Shown here piece after piece: positions 37,415-48,267 of a stretch of 64,000 bases of DNA. The notes beneath the pieces were generated by a model that had not been told where the DNA came from, did not search any database, and worked only from the letters and a program-made list of their open reading frames with translations. The stretch lies in the NCBI GenBank assembly GCA_050256425.1, contig JBBWVW010000086.1, forward strand, positions 1,015 through 65,014. Reading direction: 5' to 3'. The stretch comes from Arenicellales bacterium (GTDB lineage Bacteria; Pseudomonadota; Gammaproteobacteria; Arenicellales; UBA868). The translations under genes and the position numbers were made by a program. The number at the start of each line of letters is the position of its first letter. The stretch's first letter is position 1.

Positions 37415-37777
37415 TCAGGCGCGCTTGTCAGTGACGGCACTGAACTCATCCGCGGACTTACGGAAAAGCGTCTGCGCCTGATCGGCATACTGGCGGCCAA
37501 GCTCCAAAGCTTCACCGGAATCCTTAGCCATCCGCTGCACCAGGCCACGGACAATCTCAGGCTGCTTTTCGAAGTACACACGAGCGCTGCCGATATCTTT
37601 GACCTGCAGCGCTTCCCGAGCATTAGTCAGGACGGCGCTGGCGTAATTGCGAGCAACACCCATCTGCAGTTCGATCAATTTTTCCAGGTTATCTACGGCC
37701 AGTTTGCTGGCGTCAGTGACGGCCGTACCGGCTGCCTTGCTGACTTCTTCATACGACTCGGTGATGTTGGCATTCAT
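37415..37777 (-). CDS. phaP: Phasin family protein
   Basis: 120-aa helical protein (LEKLIELQ...) inside the PHA locus. Confidence 0.8.
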   Translation of the reverse strand: MNANITESYEEVSKAAGTAVTDASKLAVDNLEKLIELQMGVARNYASAVLTNAREALQVKDIGSARVYFEKQPEIVRGLVQRMAKDSGEALELGRQYADQAQTLFRKSADEFSAVTDKRA

Positions 37778-37810
37778 GATTTCATCCTCTTGAATTCAGG
37801 GGGTTTAATA

Positions 37811-37830
37811 TATTGTTGCAGTGCACAATA
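37811..37830. promoter_or_regulatory. Putative PhaR box upstream of phaP
   Basis: tattgt-TGC-agt-GCA-caata dyad. Confidence 0.55.
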
Positions 37831-37957
37831 TCAAATAATTTGACGCGATGCAACATTTTTTATCACACATCATATAAATACTATTTTTCAACGCTTTAAA
37901 CTACCTTATTTCTCTATTAAGTGATGTTATTACAGGGTATTTTCAACAATACCTGCT

Positions 37958-37972
37958 TGGTGCATCGCACCA
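37958..37972. promoter_or_regulatory. Putative PhaR box upstream of phaE
   Basis: TGGTGC-atc-GCACCA perfect dyad. Confidence 0.5.
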
Positions 37973-38036
37973 GTAGTGACCCTGTAACCGACCCCAGCCT
38001 CACTGAACCCAGCCCGCCACGGTCTACAATCGGCGC

Positions 38037-38870
38037 ATGAACCCAATCCCCCCGGCCAACTGGGCGCAAGCCCTGGTGCAACTGCAATCGCAGTTTGCCG
38101 CCGCGCTTAGCCATGCTGAGCGCACAGCCGGAACACGGCCGCTGGCTAATCTTAGCGACTGGCTCCAGGCTTTTGGCGGACCAACTGACCCCACGGCCAC
38201 CACAGCACAAGCACCGGGTCTCGCGTTCATGGCCAACCCATGGCCTGGCAGTGTCTCCCCTGTCACTGTGGGCACTGACCGCTGGGGCGTGGCAGCGACA
38301 CGCTACCAGGAAGCGTTGGCCGCGCTCCAGCAGGCCTGGCTTAAGATTGGCATTGAAGCTTGGGGCCGGCTGCACGAGGCACTGACAACCAGTGAAGCTG
38401 CGGACAACCTGCGTGCAAGTTACGACCTTTGGATCTATTATGGTGAGCAGGTTTTTGCCGAACAGGCCCACAGCGAACACTATGCGGGGCTTGTCAGCGA
38501 GCTGATCAATGCGCAGGTAGCGCTGCACCTCGCCTGCGGGATCGGCAACGAACCTGCATCTGATGACCCACAACAACTAAGGCAAGCACTCGCCGAAGCC
38601 CACTCGCGCGAGGCCAACCTGCGGGCTGATCTCAAAACGTTGCGCGAATCACACGGCGGCGACAGCACAAGTTCCCCCGGGCCAGCAAAGAAGGCCCGTG
38701 CGCGACCAACGTCGTCCAGGAAGAAACCAACAAAGAAGAAATCCACAAAGCAGGCCGGTCGAGCGGGCGCCCAGCAGCCAGCGCCAGCTAACACCCAAGG
38801 GGTCCGGAAAAAGGCAGTGAAGAAAAAACCGCGAGAGGCGAAAGCCACGCCGGGCGGTTCCCGACGATGA
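38037..38870 (+). CDS. phaE: Class III PHA synthase subunit PhaE with Lys/Arg/Ala-rich tail
   Basis: LRASYDLWIYYGEQVFAEQAHSEHYAGLVSELINAQ is PhaE-like; the stop overlaps the phaC start. Confidence 0.75.
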   Translation: MNPIPPANWAQALVQLQSQFAAALSHAERTAGTRPLANLSDWLQAFGGPTDPTATTAQAPGLAFMANPWPGSVSPVTVGTDRWGVAATRYQEALAALQQAWLKIGIEAWGRLHEALTTSEAADNLRASYDLWIYYGEQVFAEQAHSEHYAGLVSELINAQVALHLACGIGNEPASDDPQQLRQALAEAHSREANLRADLKTLRESHGGDSTSSPGPAKKARARPTSSRKKPTKKKSTKQAGRAGAQQPAPANTQGVRKKAVKKKPREAKATPGGSRR

Positions 38871-39913
38871 GCCATACAGCCGACAGATCCACCCAGGCGC
38901 TGGCTGCGCGGCTGGCTCGCAGCCTTGCGCAACTGGCGCAACTGGGCGTTCCCGAGATTGGCACCAGCCAGCGCGAGACGGTTTTTTCCGGGCGGGGCTT
39001 TCGGCTTCTGCGTTACGGTAGCGGGCCCGAGCGTGCCCAGGCCTGTCCGGTGCTGATTGTCTATGCCCTGGTCAACCGGCCCTGGGTGCTCGACCTTGAG
39101 CCGCAACGCTCGATCATCGCCCGGCTGATGGATGCCGGGCTGGACGTGTTTCTGGTGGAATGGACCGATCCCGACCAGGATGATCAGGGCACGACTCTCG
39201 CCGATTACATCTGTGACATGCTGGATCAATGCGTCGATGCCACCTGTACCGTGCGCAATGAGACCACTGTTAACCTGCTGGGCGTATGCCAGGGCGGCAC
39301 CTTCAGCTTGTGCTACAGCGCACTGTTTACCCACAAGGTACGAAACCTGATCACTATGGTGACCCCGGTGGATTTTCACACCGAGGACAATCTACTGTCG
39401 CACTGGGTACGAGGCGTGGACGTTGAGCGGATGGTCAGTTGTTATGGCAACGTGCCCGGCGCCTTTCTCAATGCGCTGTTCGTCGCCCTGCAGCCCTTTC
39501 GCCTGGGCGGAAAGAAAACTCTCGACCTTGCGGACCTGGCAGATGACCACGATCGACTACAAACTTTTGCGCGCATGGAACGCTGGATCGCTGACAGCCC
39601 CGACCAGGCAGGTCGGGCCTTTGCCGACTTTCTCACGATGCTGTTTCAGCGTAACAGCCTGGTCAAAGGCCAGATGGTGCTGGGGGGGCGGGCGGTCCGG
39701 TTGAACGACGTCCGCTGCCCGATACTGAACGTCTACGCATTGGCAGATCACCTGGTGCCCGCCACTGCCTCACGGGCATTGGCACAACACGTTAGCTGCA
39801 CCGACTACACTGAGCTTGCCTTTGACGGCGGGCACATTGGCATCTACGTCAGCCGTCATGCCCAGCAACAGATTCCACCGAAGGTTGCCGCCTGGCTACA
39901 GGCACGACAATAG
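38867..39913 (+). CDS. phaC: Class III PHA synthase subunit PhaC
   Basis: PVLIVYALVNRP..LDL, lipase box GVCQGG, DSPDQAG, DHLVP and GGHIG. Confidence 0.92.
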   Translation: MSHTADRSTQALAARLARSLAQLAQLGVPEIGTSQRETVFSGRGFRLLRYGSGPERAQACPVLIVYALVNRPWVLDLEPQRSIIARLMDAGLDVFLVEWTDPDQDDQGTTLADYICDMLDQCVDATCTVRNETTVNLLGVCQGGTFSLCYSALFTHKVRNLITMVTPVDFHTEDNLLSHWVRGVDVERMVSCYGNVPGAFLNALFVALQPFRLGGKKTLDLADLADDHDRLQTFARMERWIADSPDQAGRAFADFLTMLFQRNSLVKGQMVLGGRAVRLNDVRCPILNVYALADHLVPATASRALAQHVSCTDYTELAFDGGHIGIYVSRHAQQQIPPKVAAWLQARQ

Positions 39914-39924
39914 ATCCAAAAGCA

Positions 39925-40545
39925 TCAGGGCTTGCGTGATACCTTCAGGCGCAGTGCCTTGATCTTCATTTTCGCTAATCGACGATTAGCGGTTTCCATG
40001 AGGTCCATGGACGGGTAAGGGCCTACCCGCACACGGTAGAAATCGCCTCGTCCCTGTACCGAGATATGCTGAACACTGGGTTCAAAACCTGCCAAGGCCA
40101 GGCGAGCTTTCATGCGCTCGGCCTGTCCCGGATCGTTGTACGCACCCGCCTGCAGCATATAGAAACCCCCCGGCGAAGCCTTGCTCTTTGACTCAGCAGG
40201 CATCGACTGGGTCTTTGGGGTTGCTGGCGTGGTTTCGAAGGCGCCGGTCTCGGGAATCACGCGCTCAATCTCCGGCAGCACAGTGTAAAAATCAAAACTG
40301 GTGCGCGCCGGTGCTGGGCTGTTGGCAACCGTTGACGATGCCGGTGCGCTGTCCCGGACACTGTCGCGCGAGTCCTGCAGTAACTGGCTGATACCCGCGC
40401 CCAGACGATCCGGATCTCCGCTGGTAGCGCCCTGGTAAAGCAGGAGGCTGATCGATCCCACGGCAACACCCACCACCAGCATCACCAGGTCATGACCAAA
40501 ACGAGCGCCGCTGGAGTTCTTTTTTCGGTGCGAGTTGCGGGCCAT
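39925..40545 (-). CDS. SPOR-domain cell division protein (FtsN-like)
   Basis: N-terminal TM helix, FDFYTVLPE, YMLQAGAY and RVRVGPY; follows argS. Confidence 0.85.
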   Translation of the reverse strand: MARNSHRKKNSSGARFGHDLVMLVVGVAVGSISLLLYQGATSGDPDRLGAGISQLLQDSRDSVRDSAPASSTVANSPAPARTSFDFYTVLPEIERVIPETGAFETTPATPKTQSMPAESKSKASPGGFYMLQAGAYNDPGQAERMKARLALAGFEPSVQHISVQGRGDFYRVRVGPYPSMDLMETANRRLAKMKIKALRLKVSRKP

Positions 40546-40548
40546 TGC

Positions 40549-42285
40549 CTACATACGCTCGGGCGCAGTAACCCCCAGCAGCGCCAGCGCATTGGCCAAC
40601 ACCTGCCGGGCCGCATCAATCAGCGACAAGCGCGCCAGGCGCAGGTCGGGTTCGGCCGCGATAAACGGGTGTGCGTTGTAGTAGGTATGGAAATCATTGG
40701 CCAGTTCGCGCAGGTAATACGCAACCTGGTGGGGCTCATAGGCGCGTGCGGCTGACTCGACGACCTCGGGGTAACGCGAGAGTTTGTGTAGCAGATCCGA
40801 TTCACGCGGCTCAATCAGCAGACCATGGTTCGCCTCGGCGAAGTTGATCTGGATACCTTTTTCATCAAGCTGGCGAAATACGCTGCAGATACGCGCGTGG
40901 GCATACTGTACGTAATACACCGGGTTATCGCTTGACTGCGACTTGGCCAGGTCAAGATCAAAATCCATATGCTGATCAGGTTTGCGCAAAGCGTAAAAAA
41001 AGCGCGCGGCGTCACGGCCGACTTCCTCGCGCAGTTCACGCAGCGTGACAAAGTCACCGCTGCGCGTGGACATGGAGACTTTTTCACCGCCTCGATAAAG
41101 TATCGCGAACTGCACCAACAGCACGGTGAGAGCCGCCTGATCGAGCCCAAGTGCTGACAGTGAGGCCTTAACCCGCTTGATGTAACCGTGATGATCCGCG
41201 CCCCAGATGTTGATGACGTGATCAAAACCGCGCGCCATCTTGTCACGGTGATAGGCAATATCGGTGGCGAAATAGGTATGGTTGCCGTTAGCCCGCAACA
41301 CCACCCGATCTTTTTCGTCGCCAAAGTTGCTGCTGCGAAACCACCAGGCGTCACCATCCTGGTACAGAAAATCGCCCTCCTTGAGATCATCGACCGCGCG
41401 CTGTACGGCACCGCTGTCGATCAGGCTGCGCTCCGAGTACCAGGTCTGGTATTCAACACCGAAGCACGTCAGGTCAGCACGGATATCCGCGACCAGCGTC
41501 TCACTGGCCAGAGTGTGAACCCGGACAAATCCGGGGTCACCAAGCACAGAGCGTGCCCGGCTGATCAGCGTGTCCAGTGCCTGATCGTCATCGTCGGGCA
41601 GCGAGCTCAGCAGTGCGGTGGCGTCGCAACGATATTTTTCACTGCCTTCACGATGCAGCGTAGCGGCAATATCGAAAACATAATCGCCCTGGTAAGCGGC
41701 CCGTGGAAAAGATACCGTCTCACCACACAGTTCGAGATAGCGCAGCCAGACACTTAAGGCCAGGATATCCATCTGTCGTCCGGCATCGTTGATATAGTAC
41801 TCGCTGACCGCATCGTACCCCGCCGCACGCAAAACACGGGCTAAGGCATCGCCGTACGCAGCCCCACGACCATGTCCCACGTGCAACGGTCCGGTCGGAT
41901 TCGCCGAGACAAATTCCACCATGATCCGCTGCCCGGCCCCGTCACTGCTGGTGCCATAGGCCTCGCCCTGGGTACGGATCTGCACAGGCAACTGCTGGTA
42001 GGCATCTGCGGCCAGAAACAGATTGATGAAACCCGGCCCGGCGACTTCAGAACGCACCACCAGGGACGATGCCGGAAAGTTGGCACAAAGTTGTTCGGCC
42101 AGATCGCGCGGCTTCAGGCCGGCCCCTTTCGCCAGAACCATGGCCAGGTTGCTGGCATAGTCGCCATAGCCTGCCTTTCGCGCCCGTTCAAGTTGAATCG
42201 GGATATCGGCCGAGGCAGGCAGAACACCTTGGCGAATCAGTGATGCCAGGGCATCACGAAGCAACTGACAGACTTCATTACGCAT
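40549..42285 (-). CDS. argS: Arginine--tRNA ligase
   Basis: EFVSANPTGPLHVGHGR, WGADHHGY, MSTRSG and NPVYYVQYAHARICS. Confidence 0.97.
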   Translation of the reverse strand: MRNEVCQLLRDALASLIRQGVLPASADIPIQLERARKAGYGDYASNLAMVLAKGAGLKPRDLAEQLCANFPASSLVVRSEVAGPGFINLFLAADAYQQLPVQIRTQGEAYGTSSDGAGQRIMVEFVSANPTGPLHVGHGRGAAYGDALARVLRAAGYDAVSEYYINDAGRQMDILALSVWLRYLELCGETVSFPRAAYQGDYVFDIAATLHREGSEKYRCDATALLSSLPDDDDQALDTLISRARSVLGDPGFVRVHTLASETLVADIRADLTCFGVEYQTWYSERSLIDSGAVQRAVDDLKEGDFLYQDGDAWWFRSSNFGDEKDRVVLRANGNHTYFATDIAYHRDKMARGFDHVINIWGADHHGYIKRVKASLSALGLDQAALTVLLVQFAILYRGGEKVSMSTRSGDFVTLRELREEVGRDAARFFYALRKPDQHMDFDLDLAKSQSSDNPVYYVQYAHARICSVFRQLDEKGIQINFAEANHGLLIEPRESDLLHKLSRYPEVVESAARAYEPHQVAYYLRELANDFHTYYNAHPFIAAEPDLRLARLSLIDAARQVLANALALLGVTAPERM

Positions 42286-42443
42286 AAACAGAAAACCAGC
42301 GGCCGTGGGGAAGATATGCCGACCGGTGTGTACTGGCACCGGCACATGGCAAGGAACAGCACGATTCTAACCAAAGCGTGACTCTCACCAAAGCGGTCTG
42401 TAGTACTCTTGGCGCAGACCTGTCCACGACCCCTTACCCACAA

Positions 42444-43406
42444 ATGGACCATCTGCAACAAAGCCGCCTGAATCTGCTGACCAGTCATGCGCTGGATCGT
42501 GCTGCATTGGTGCGCCTTGATGAAGAAAATCTCGGGCAGCGCATAATGAGTGAAAATGCGCGTTTTATCGGTGTACACCACCTGCAGATAGCCATTGATG
42601 AAGAGAACAGTACCGTACGCCCGGCACTGCTGACCCGCAGTGAAGCACAACAGCGTTTTGGGTACTGCGAACCATGGGTGTACCTGGGTCGGGAGGACAC
42701 CAAAGACTACTTCGCCGTACTGCTGGATAACGGCCGCCCGCGCCAGACCCGCGGTTTTGCCGGGTTACGGGCGCTTGCAGCTACGGTAGATGGTGCAAAG
42801 GCGACTCTGCTCGCCTATGCGCGGGCCATGGCCGCATGGCACCAACGCCACCTTTACTGCAGCCGCTGTGGTGGTGAGACCGTATCGCAACACGGCGGGC
42901 ACGTGCGTGCCTGTACCCATGCCAGCTGCGGTGAACAGCATTACCCGCGTACCGATCCTGCGATTATTGTCCTGGTAGAAAAAGGCGAGCGGGCCCTGTT
43001 TGGGCGCAAACCTGAGTGGTCTGCACATCGGTATTCAACGCTTGCCGGTTTTGTCGAGCCCGGCGAAAGCGCTGAGCAGGCCCTGGTCCGGGAAGTCATG
43101 GAAGAAACCGGGGTTGAGGTACTAAGTGCCCATTACCATTCGTCCCAACCCTGGCCCTTTCCCGGCTCGCTGATGCTGGGTTACAGCGCCCAGGCCGGAA
43201 GCGAAGAAATTACCCTCAATGATCAGGAACTGGAGCATGCGTGTTGGCTGGATCGTGATGAAATCACCTCACGCATGCAGCAAGGTCTGTTTGTACTGCC
43301 ACCGCCAATCTCGATCTCTTTTCGACTCATTGAAGACTGGTTCGACCGACACTCGACCATTCCGCTGCGAAAGTTGCGCGAAAATACAGGTGCCACAGAT
43401 TTTTAA
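42444..43406 (+). CDS. nudC: NAD(+) diphosphatase NudC
   Basis: CSRCG...CTHASC zinc finger, YPRTDPAII, Nudix box and SQPWPFPGSLM. Confidence 0.93.
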   Translation: MDHLQQSRLNLLTSHALDRAALVRLDEENLGQRIMSENARFIGVHHLQIAIDEENSTVRPALLTRSEAQQRFGYCEPWVYLGREDTKDYFAVLLDNGRPRQTRGFAGLRALAATVDGAKATLLAYARAMAAWHQRHLYCSRCGGETVSQHGGHVRACTHASCGEQHYPRTDPAIIVLVEKGERALFGRKPEWSAHRYSTLAGFVEPGESAEQALVREVMEETGVEVLSAHYHSSQPWPFPGSLMLGYSAQAGSEEITLNDQELEHACWLDRDEITSRMQQGLFVLPPPISISFRLIEDWFDRHSTIPLRKLRENTGATDF

Positions 43407-43508
43407 AGAGTTGCGTTCAACAGCCACACGGATACAATGTGCGCGGGGGTTGTGCTCTGAGCGATCACATCTACCCGGATTGTTGCAGTCACCATAGTGG
43501 AGGAGTTC

Positions 43509-43721
43509 ATGTCGGAACGACAAACCGGAACCGTAAAATGGTTCAACGAAAGAAAAGGCTTTGGCTTTATTGAGTTGGAAGGTGGGGATGACGTATTTGT
43601 CCACTACCGAGAGATCAGAGGAGATGGCTTCAAAACACTGAACGAAGGGCAGCGTGTTGAGTTCACCCTGACGACTCGCGATAAGGGTCCTGCAGCGGAA
43701 GACGTTTCACCCGTCGACTGA
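43509..43721 (+). CDS. Cold-shock protein
   Basis: [15 protein letters not shown] and DVFVHY. Confidence 0.95.
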   Translation: MSERQTGTVKWFNERKGFGFIELEGGDDVFVHYREIRGDGFKTLNEGQRVEFTLTTRDKGPAAEDVSPVD

Positions 43722-43808
43722 TCTGGCTTCAACAGGCGGCGCAAACCGCCCTGTCGCACTTATTCGTTTGATATATCCTGTGAGCTGTCTGCGCTCGCAG
43801 GCTCTACG

Positions 43809-44366
43809 ATGAAAATTGTCTGCATCGGCTTTCTCGCACTTGGTATCGCGCTGGCCGTGCTGGCAACGGGAGGCATTGCCGCGCTGCTGCTGAGCAGTGC
43901 AAACCTGCCCTTGGTGTCCTTCTCAGCCGTTATTTTCGCCCTGGCATTCAGTGCACTGACCGGGATGATCGGCATTATCGGCCTGGTGCGCGGGGCGGCC
44001 CAACCGTCACCCGCAGCAACGGCAAAACCCGCCTCGGCAGACTGGCGAGCCAGCGTGCAGCATCTGTCAGCACTTCTGACTTATGTGGGGCTGCCGCTGG
44101 GGTACCTGCTGGGGCCATGGCTGGCATGGCTGGCATGGCGGCGACACTCGCCCTGGCTTGATGCTCACGGCCGTGCCGCACTGAACTTTGCGCTGACGAT
44201 GAGTATCTTGTATGTCACCGCGTTGATACTGGTCTTTATTTTTGTCGGCCTCATACTGCTGGCGCTGCTGGCTGTCTTCCACATACTGACGGTGATACGC
44301 AACGCCTGGCGCGCATCGGTCAACCTGCCTCCGCACTACCCCCTTTCGATCGACTTTTTTCGTTGA
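43809..44366 (+). CDS. DUF4870-domain membrane protein
   Basis: HLSALL...GPWLAWL...HGRAALNF...YPLSI pattern. Confidence 0.8.
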   Translation: MKIVCIGFLALGIALAVLATGGIAALLLSSANLPLVSFSAVIFALAFSALTGMIGIIGLVRGAAQPSPAATAKPASADWRASVQHLSALLTYVGLPLGYLLGPWLAWLAWRRHSPWLDAHGRAALNFALTMSILYVTALILVFIFVGLILLALLAVFHILTVIRNAWRASVNLPPHYPLSIDFFR

Positions 44367-45648
44367 GTGTCGCAAAAACCGCACGCGCGGCTTCGATGGT
44401 ATCGTTGATCTCAGCGTCGCCATGGGTGATCGACACGAAGCCCGCTTCAAAAGCCGAGGGCGCCAGATACACGCCGTGATTAAGCATGCCGTGAAAAAAG
44501 TGCGCAAAGCGCACGGTGTCACAGGCCATCACCTGGGCGAAAGAACTCACCCGATCCTGTTCGGTAAACAACAGACCGAACATTCCGCCCACAGACTCAG
44601 TAGCCAAAGGAACCCCGGCATCATGCGCTGCCGCCGCCAATCCCGAAACCAGAGCGCGGGTTTTGTCTGTCAGGGCCTCGAAAAATCCTGGCGCCGCAAT
44701 TTTCTTCAAAGTCGCGATCCCGGCGGACATCGCCAGCGGATTGCCCGACAAAGTACCGGCCTGGTACACCGGGCCGGTCGGCGCAAGCTGCGCCATCACC
44801 TCAGCCCTGCCGCCAAAAGCGCCCACCGGTAACCCGCCGCCAAGTACCTTGCCCAGCGTAGTCAGGTCGGGCCGGATGCCGTAGAGCGACTGGGCCCCTC
44901 CTAGCGCAACCCGAAACCCGGTCATCACTTCGTCAAAAATCAGCAGCGACCCGCTGCGGTCACAAACATCGCGCAAGGCCTGGAGAAACCCCGGCAGGGG
45001 GGCGATACAGTTCATGTTCCCGGCAATGGGCTCGACGATAACCGCAGCGATGTCATCGCCGGATTCGGCAAAAACCTGCTCCAGCTGCGCCGTATTGTTG
45101 AATTCCAGAGTGAGCGTATGGTGTGCCACATCAGCCGGCACGCCTGGCGAGGTCGGTATACCCAGGGTCAGCGCACCAGAACCCGCTTTTACCAGCAGGC
45201 TGTCGGCATGGCCGTGATAACAGCCTTCGAACTTAACCAGGGTATCGCGGCCGGTGAAGCCACGCGCCAGGCGTATTGCGCTCATGGTCGCCTCGGTACC
45301 CGAGTTGACCATACGGACCTGTTCGATGGACGGTACCGCAGTACAGACCTGCTGTGCCAGTTCTGTTTCCAGCGCGGTGGGGGCGCCGTAACTCAGGCCC
45401 TGCTCGGCAGCGTGTTGCACGGCGGCAACGATATCTGGATCGGCATGGCCGAGGATCATCGGGCCCCAAGAACCCACATAATCGATATAAGTTCGACCGT
45501 CAGCACCGTAGAGCAAAGGGCCACGTGCATGGTCAATAAACACCGGGGTTCCACCAACTGACTTGAAAGCGCGTACCGGAGAATTAACGCCGCCGGGAAT
45601 AACCGCGCAGGCCTGGTCAAAAAGCTGTTTGTTTTTGTCGCTCATCAA
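44320..45648 (-). CDS. hemL: Glutamate-1-semialdehyde 2,1-aminomutase
   Basis: [29 protein letters not shown] and [11 protein letters not shown]. Confidence 0.96.
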   Translation of the reverse strand: MMSDKNKQLFDQACAVIPGGVNSPVRAFKSVGGTPVFIDHARGPLLYGADGRTYIDYVGSWGPMILGHADPDIVAAVQHAAEQGLSYGAPTALETELAQQVCTAVPSIEQVRMVNSGTEATMSAIRLARGFTGRDTLVKFEGCYHGHADSLLVKAGSGALTLGIPTSPGVPADVAHHTLTLEFNNTAQLEQVFAESGDDIAAVIVEPIAGNMNCIAPLPGFLQALRDVCDRSGSLLIFDEVMTGFRVALGGAQSLYGIRPDLTTLGKVLGGGLPVGAFGGRAEVMAQLAPTGPVYQAGTLSGNPLAMSAGIATLKKIAAPGFFEALTDKTRALVSGLAAAAHDAGVPLATESVGGMFGLLFTEQDRVSSFAQVMACDTVRFAHFFHGMLNHGVYLAPSAFEAGFVSITHGDAEINDTIEAARAVFATLNEKSRSKGGSAEAG

Positions 45649-45767
45649 GGGCTCCGTAGATCAGTGCTACGAGTATAAAAATGTGGTCGCGCGTATTTTC
45701 TGGATGTTTTGGATTGTGTTGATCGGCTAGAATCCGCCGCTGCTATTTGAAAACTGTCAATCGGGTC

Positions 45768-45938
45768 ATGATCAACCGAACCTTTATGTGCATTATCTGT
45801 GGCTTCATCTATGAGGAAGCCGAAGGCCTGCCCGAGGAGGGTATCGCTCCTGGAACACGCTGGGAAGATATTCCCGATGATTGGCAATGCCCGGACTGCG
45901 ACGCCACCAAGGTCGATTTCGAAATGATCGAGATCTGA
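45768..45938 (+). CDS. Rubredoxin
   Basis: CIICGFIY...WQCPDC. Confidence 0.93.
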   Translation: MINRTFMCIICGFIYEEAEGLPEEGIAPGTRWEDIPDDWQCPDCDATKVDFEMIEI

Positions 45939-45958
45939 TCGTCGGTCGGCGTCCATAT

Positions 45959-46846
45959 TCATCGCTCCCCCTGCCCAATCAGCGCCTCAAGTTCCTGCGC
46001 ACTCAACACAAACACCACAGCATCGTCATTCATTGACATCAGCCAGGTGAACGACACCCGCGGCCAGGCGGCCTCGAGCGCATCACGAGCACTGCCGGCT
46101 TCTACCACCAGCAGGCCATCGTCGCTGAGGTGAGCGCGGGCCTGATACAACAGGGGGGTAATGAAATCGAGTCCTCCATTACCACCGGCGAATGCCAGTG
46201 TTGGCTCGTGATTGTATTCGTGCGGCAGAGTGCGCATCAAACTGTCGCTGACGTAGGGAGGGTTGCAGACGATGAGGTCATAGCGTTGCCCCTCTAAGGA
46301 GCTGAAAAGGTCGCCTTGCACCAGGCGTACCCGGTCGCCGAGTGCGTGTCGCTCGACATTGATGGCGGCCACTTCCAGCGCCGCGACACTGATATCGCTG
46401 GCATCTACCTGGGCTTCGGGAAAAGCCAGCGCCAAAGATATCGCGATACAGCCACTACCGGTGCAAAGATCAAGTATGGCGTCCAGCGGCCGGTCTACCC
46501 GCCATGGCGTAAAGCGCTCCAAAATCCATTCGCCGATGTGCGAGCGTGGCACGATAGCACGCGAATCGACAAAAAAATCGCGTCCCCCAAACCAGGCCCG
46601 GTTAACAAGGTATGCCAGAGGTTGGTGGGTCTCAATGCGACGGGCAAGCAGTGCGTCCACCGCCTGACGTTGGCCAGCGTTGAGAATAGCTTGCCAGGGA
46701 ACCTCATCCCCCGAAGGGTCAAGTCCCGCTGCTTCGAGTACCAGCCAAACAGCCTCGTCAAAAGCGTTATCGGTACCATGGCCGAAGTACAAACCCGCCT
46801 GATCCAGTTCAGACGCAACCGCCTCGACCTTATCCTCAAGTCGCAT
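45959..46846 (-). CDS. prmB: Ribosomal protein L3 N5-glutamine methyltransferase
   Basis: FGHGTDNAFDEA, IVPRSHIGE, LDLCTGSGCIA and NPPY. Confidence 0.92.
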   Translation of the reverse strand: MRLEDKVEAVASELDQAGLYFGHGTDNAFDEAVWLVLEAAGLDPSGDEVPWQAILNAGQRQAVDALLARRIETHQPLAYLVNRAWFGGRDFFVDSRAIVPRSHIGEWILERFTPWRVDRPLDAILDLCTGSGCIAISLALAFPEAQVDASDISVAALEVAAINVERHALGDRVRLVQGDLFSSLEGQRYDLIVCNPPYVSDSLMRTLPHEYNHEPTLAFAGGNGGLDFITPLLYQARAHLSDDGLLVVEAGSARDALEAAWPRVSFTWLMSMNDDAVVFVLSAQELEALIGQGER

Positions 46847-46860
46847 GGCCTGCAGACTGT

Positions 46861-47466
46861 TTACCCAGCCAGTACGGTGCGCACGGCCTCGGCCATCTCC
46901 TGCGCGCCGACCCTGTGCCGTACCAGATCGCGGACCCTGCCCTGTGGGCCGATCAGGTAGGTCGTCGCTGAATGATCCAGGGTATAGCCCAACGCAGAGT
47001 CCTCAGCGTCGACCCGCTGGTACAGCACGTAATACTGCTTCGCTACCGCCGCTACCGCCTCGGCAGACCCGCTGAGTCCCATGATCTGCTTATGGAAAAA
47101 CGCCGCGTACTTGGTGGCGTGCTCGGGGGTATCGCGATCGGTGTCCACACTCACAAACATGCCCACAACCCGCTGTGTCTCGGCATCGGACAACTGCTCG
47201 AACACGGCGCTCATCCGCGCAAGATCCGTGGGGCAGACATCCGGGCATGAGGTGTAGCCGAAGAACAGCATCACGACCTTGTCACGATAGTCACTCAGGG
47301 ATACCGGGCCGTGACCTGACGCCAGGGTGAAATCACCACCGAGTTTCTCGTAGGGATTGACGGCTTTACTGCCACGCTGCTGCAGCCACACCCCGGCTCC
47401 CAGGCCTATCGCGGTGGCGCATAGCAGCACGAGCAAAGGAAGGCGCCATGGTTTTGTCGTGATCAT
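46861..47466 (-). CDS. SCO family copper chaperone
   Basis: FFGYTSCPDVCP and DHSA. Confidence 0.93.
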   Translation of the reverse strand: MITTKPWRLPLLVLLCATAIGLGAGVWLQQRGSKAVNPYEKLGGDFTLASGHGPVSLSDYRDKVVMLFFGYTSCPDVCPTDLARMSAVFEQLSDAETQRVVGMFVSVDTDRDTPEHATKYAAFFHKQIMGLSGSAEAVAAVAKQYYVLYQRVDAEDSALGYTLDHSATTYLIGPQGRVRDLVRHRVGAQEMAEAVRTVLAG

Positions 47467-47526
47467 CGTTCTTTCTCTTATCGATGGGGCCCCGGGTGAC
47501 CCGTACCACCCCTGCCCTTATCCGGA

Positions 47527-47994
47527 TCAGTCGGCGTGTTTGGTGTGATCTGTTGGGGTAGGCATATCCCCGGCCATCTGCACCGGCGCGTTGACTGTCA
47601 GGCGCTCACCGTCAGCGAACTCCAGATTAATAGTAACTCGCTCACCTACCTGCAGGTTACGGCTCAGTCCGATCAGCATGATATGCCGTCCGCCGGGTTT
47701 CAGTTCCACCTGGCCATGGCCCGGTACCACGATCGTATCAATACGGCGCATCTTCATCATGCCCTCTGCCAGAACGTGATTGTGCAGTTCCGCCGCACCG
47801 GCCACGTCCGAGTGTACCTTCACCAGTATTTGTTCATCCATGCCATGATTATGCAGGGTCATAAAGGCGACACTGATAGGCTGCCCCGGTGGCACCATGC
47901 GCACCATGGAATCATGTACCCGCACCTGGGCCCAAGCGGGCGCCCCAAGGGCGCCGACCAATACGGCGAGCAGGGCAGCAATCGTCTTGGTCAT
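47527..47994 (-). CDS. PCu(A)C copper chaperone
   Basis: ELHNH...MMKM and PGGRHIML. Confidence 0.9.
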   Translation of the reverse strand: MTKTIAALLAVLVGALGAPAWAQVRVHDSMVRMVPPGQPISVAFMTLHNHGMDEQILVKVHSDVAGAAELHNHVLAEGMMKMRRIDTIVVPGHGQVELKPGGRHIMLIGLSRNLQVGERVTINLEFADGERLTVNAPVQMAGDMPTPTDHTKHAD

Positions 47995-48215
47995 GTTTGA
48001 TCTTCAAATTCAGCTTCAAACGGGCGGCGGTCGTTGCGACTAACGAGGGGCGTTGGCCCTACGAGCCCAGGCCTGATTGAAGGGGTGGTGCCCACCGGGG
48101 AAAGCCCGAACAGTGGATGAAACACCAGCGCGCAGGCCGCAAGCCAGGAAATTGCAAAAGCCACATGCCGATGTATCACGCGCGTCAGTGTTCCCGCTTG
48201 CCTGTGAAGCGACAT
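47991..48215 (-). CDS. Small hypothetical membrane protein
   Basis: One hydrophobic segment; its stop overlaps the PCuAC start (ATGA coupling). Confidence 0.4.
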   Translation of the reverse strand: MSLHRQAGTLTRVIHRHVAFAISWLAACALVFHPLFGLSPVGTTPSIRPGLVGPTPLVSRNDRRPFEAEFEDQT

Positions 48216-48267
48216 GGTGTCAGCACGCGAAGGGGAGCCCGATAAGCTGAGTTGTATCAAGAGTTGA

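Noticed and set aside
35237-37434. Plus-strand ORFs 35237-35947 and 36529-37434
   Set aside because: Antisense shadows of phaB and phaA.
44320-44366. 47-nt convergent overlap of hemL and the DUF4870 gene
   Set aside because: Short 3'-3' overlaps are common; nothing suggests a special function.
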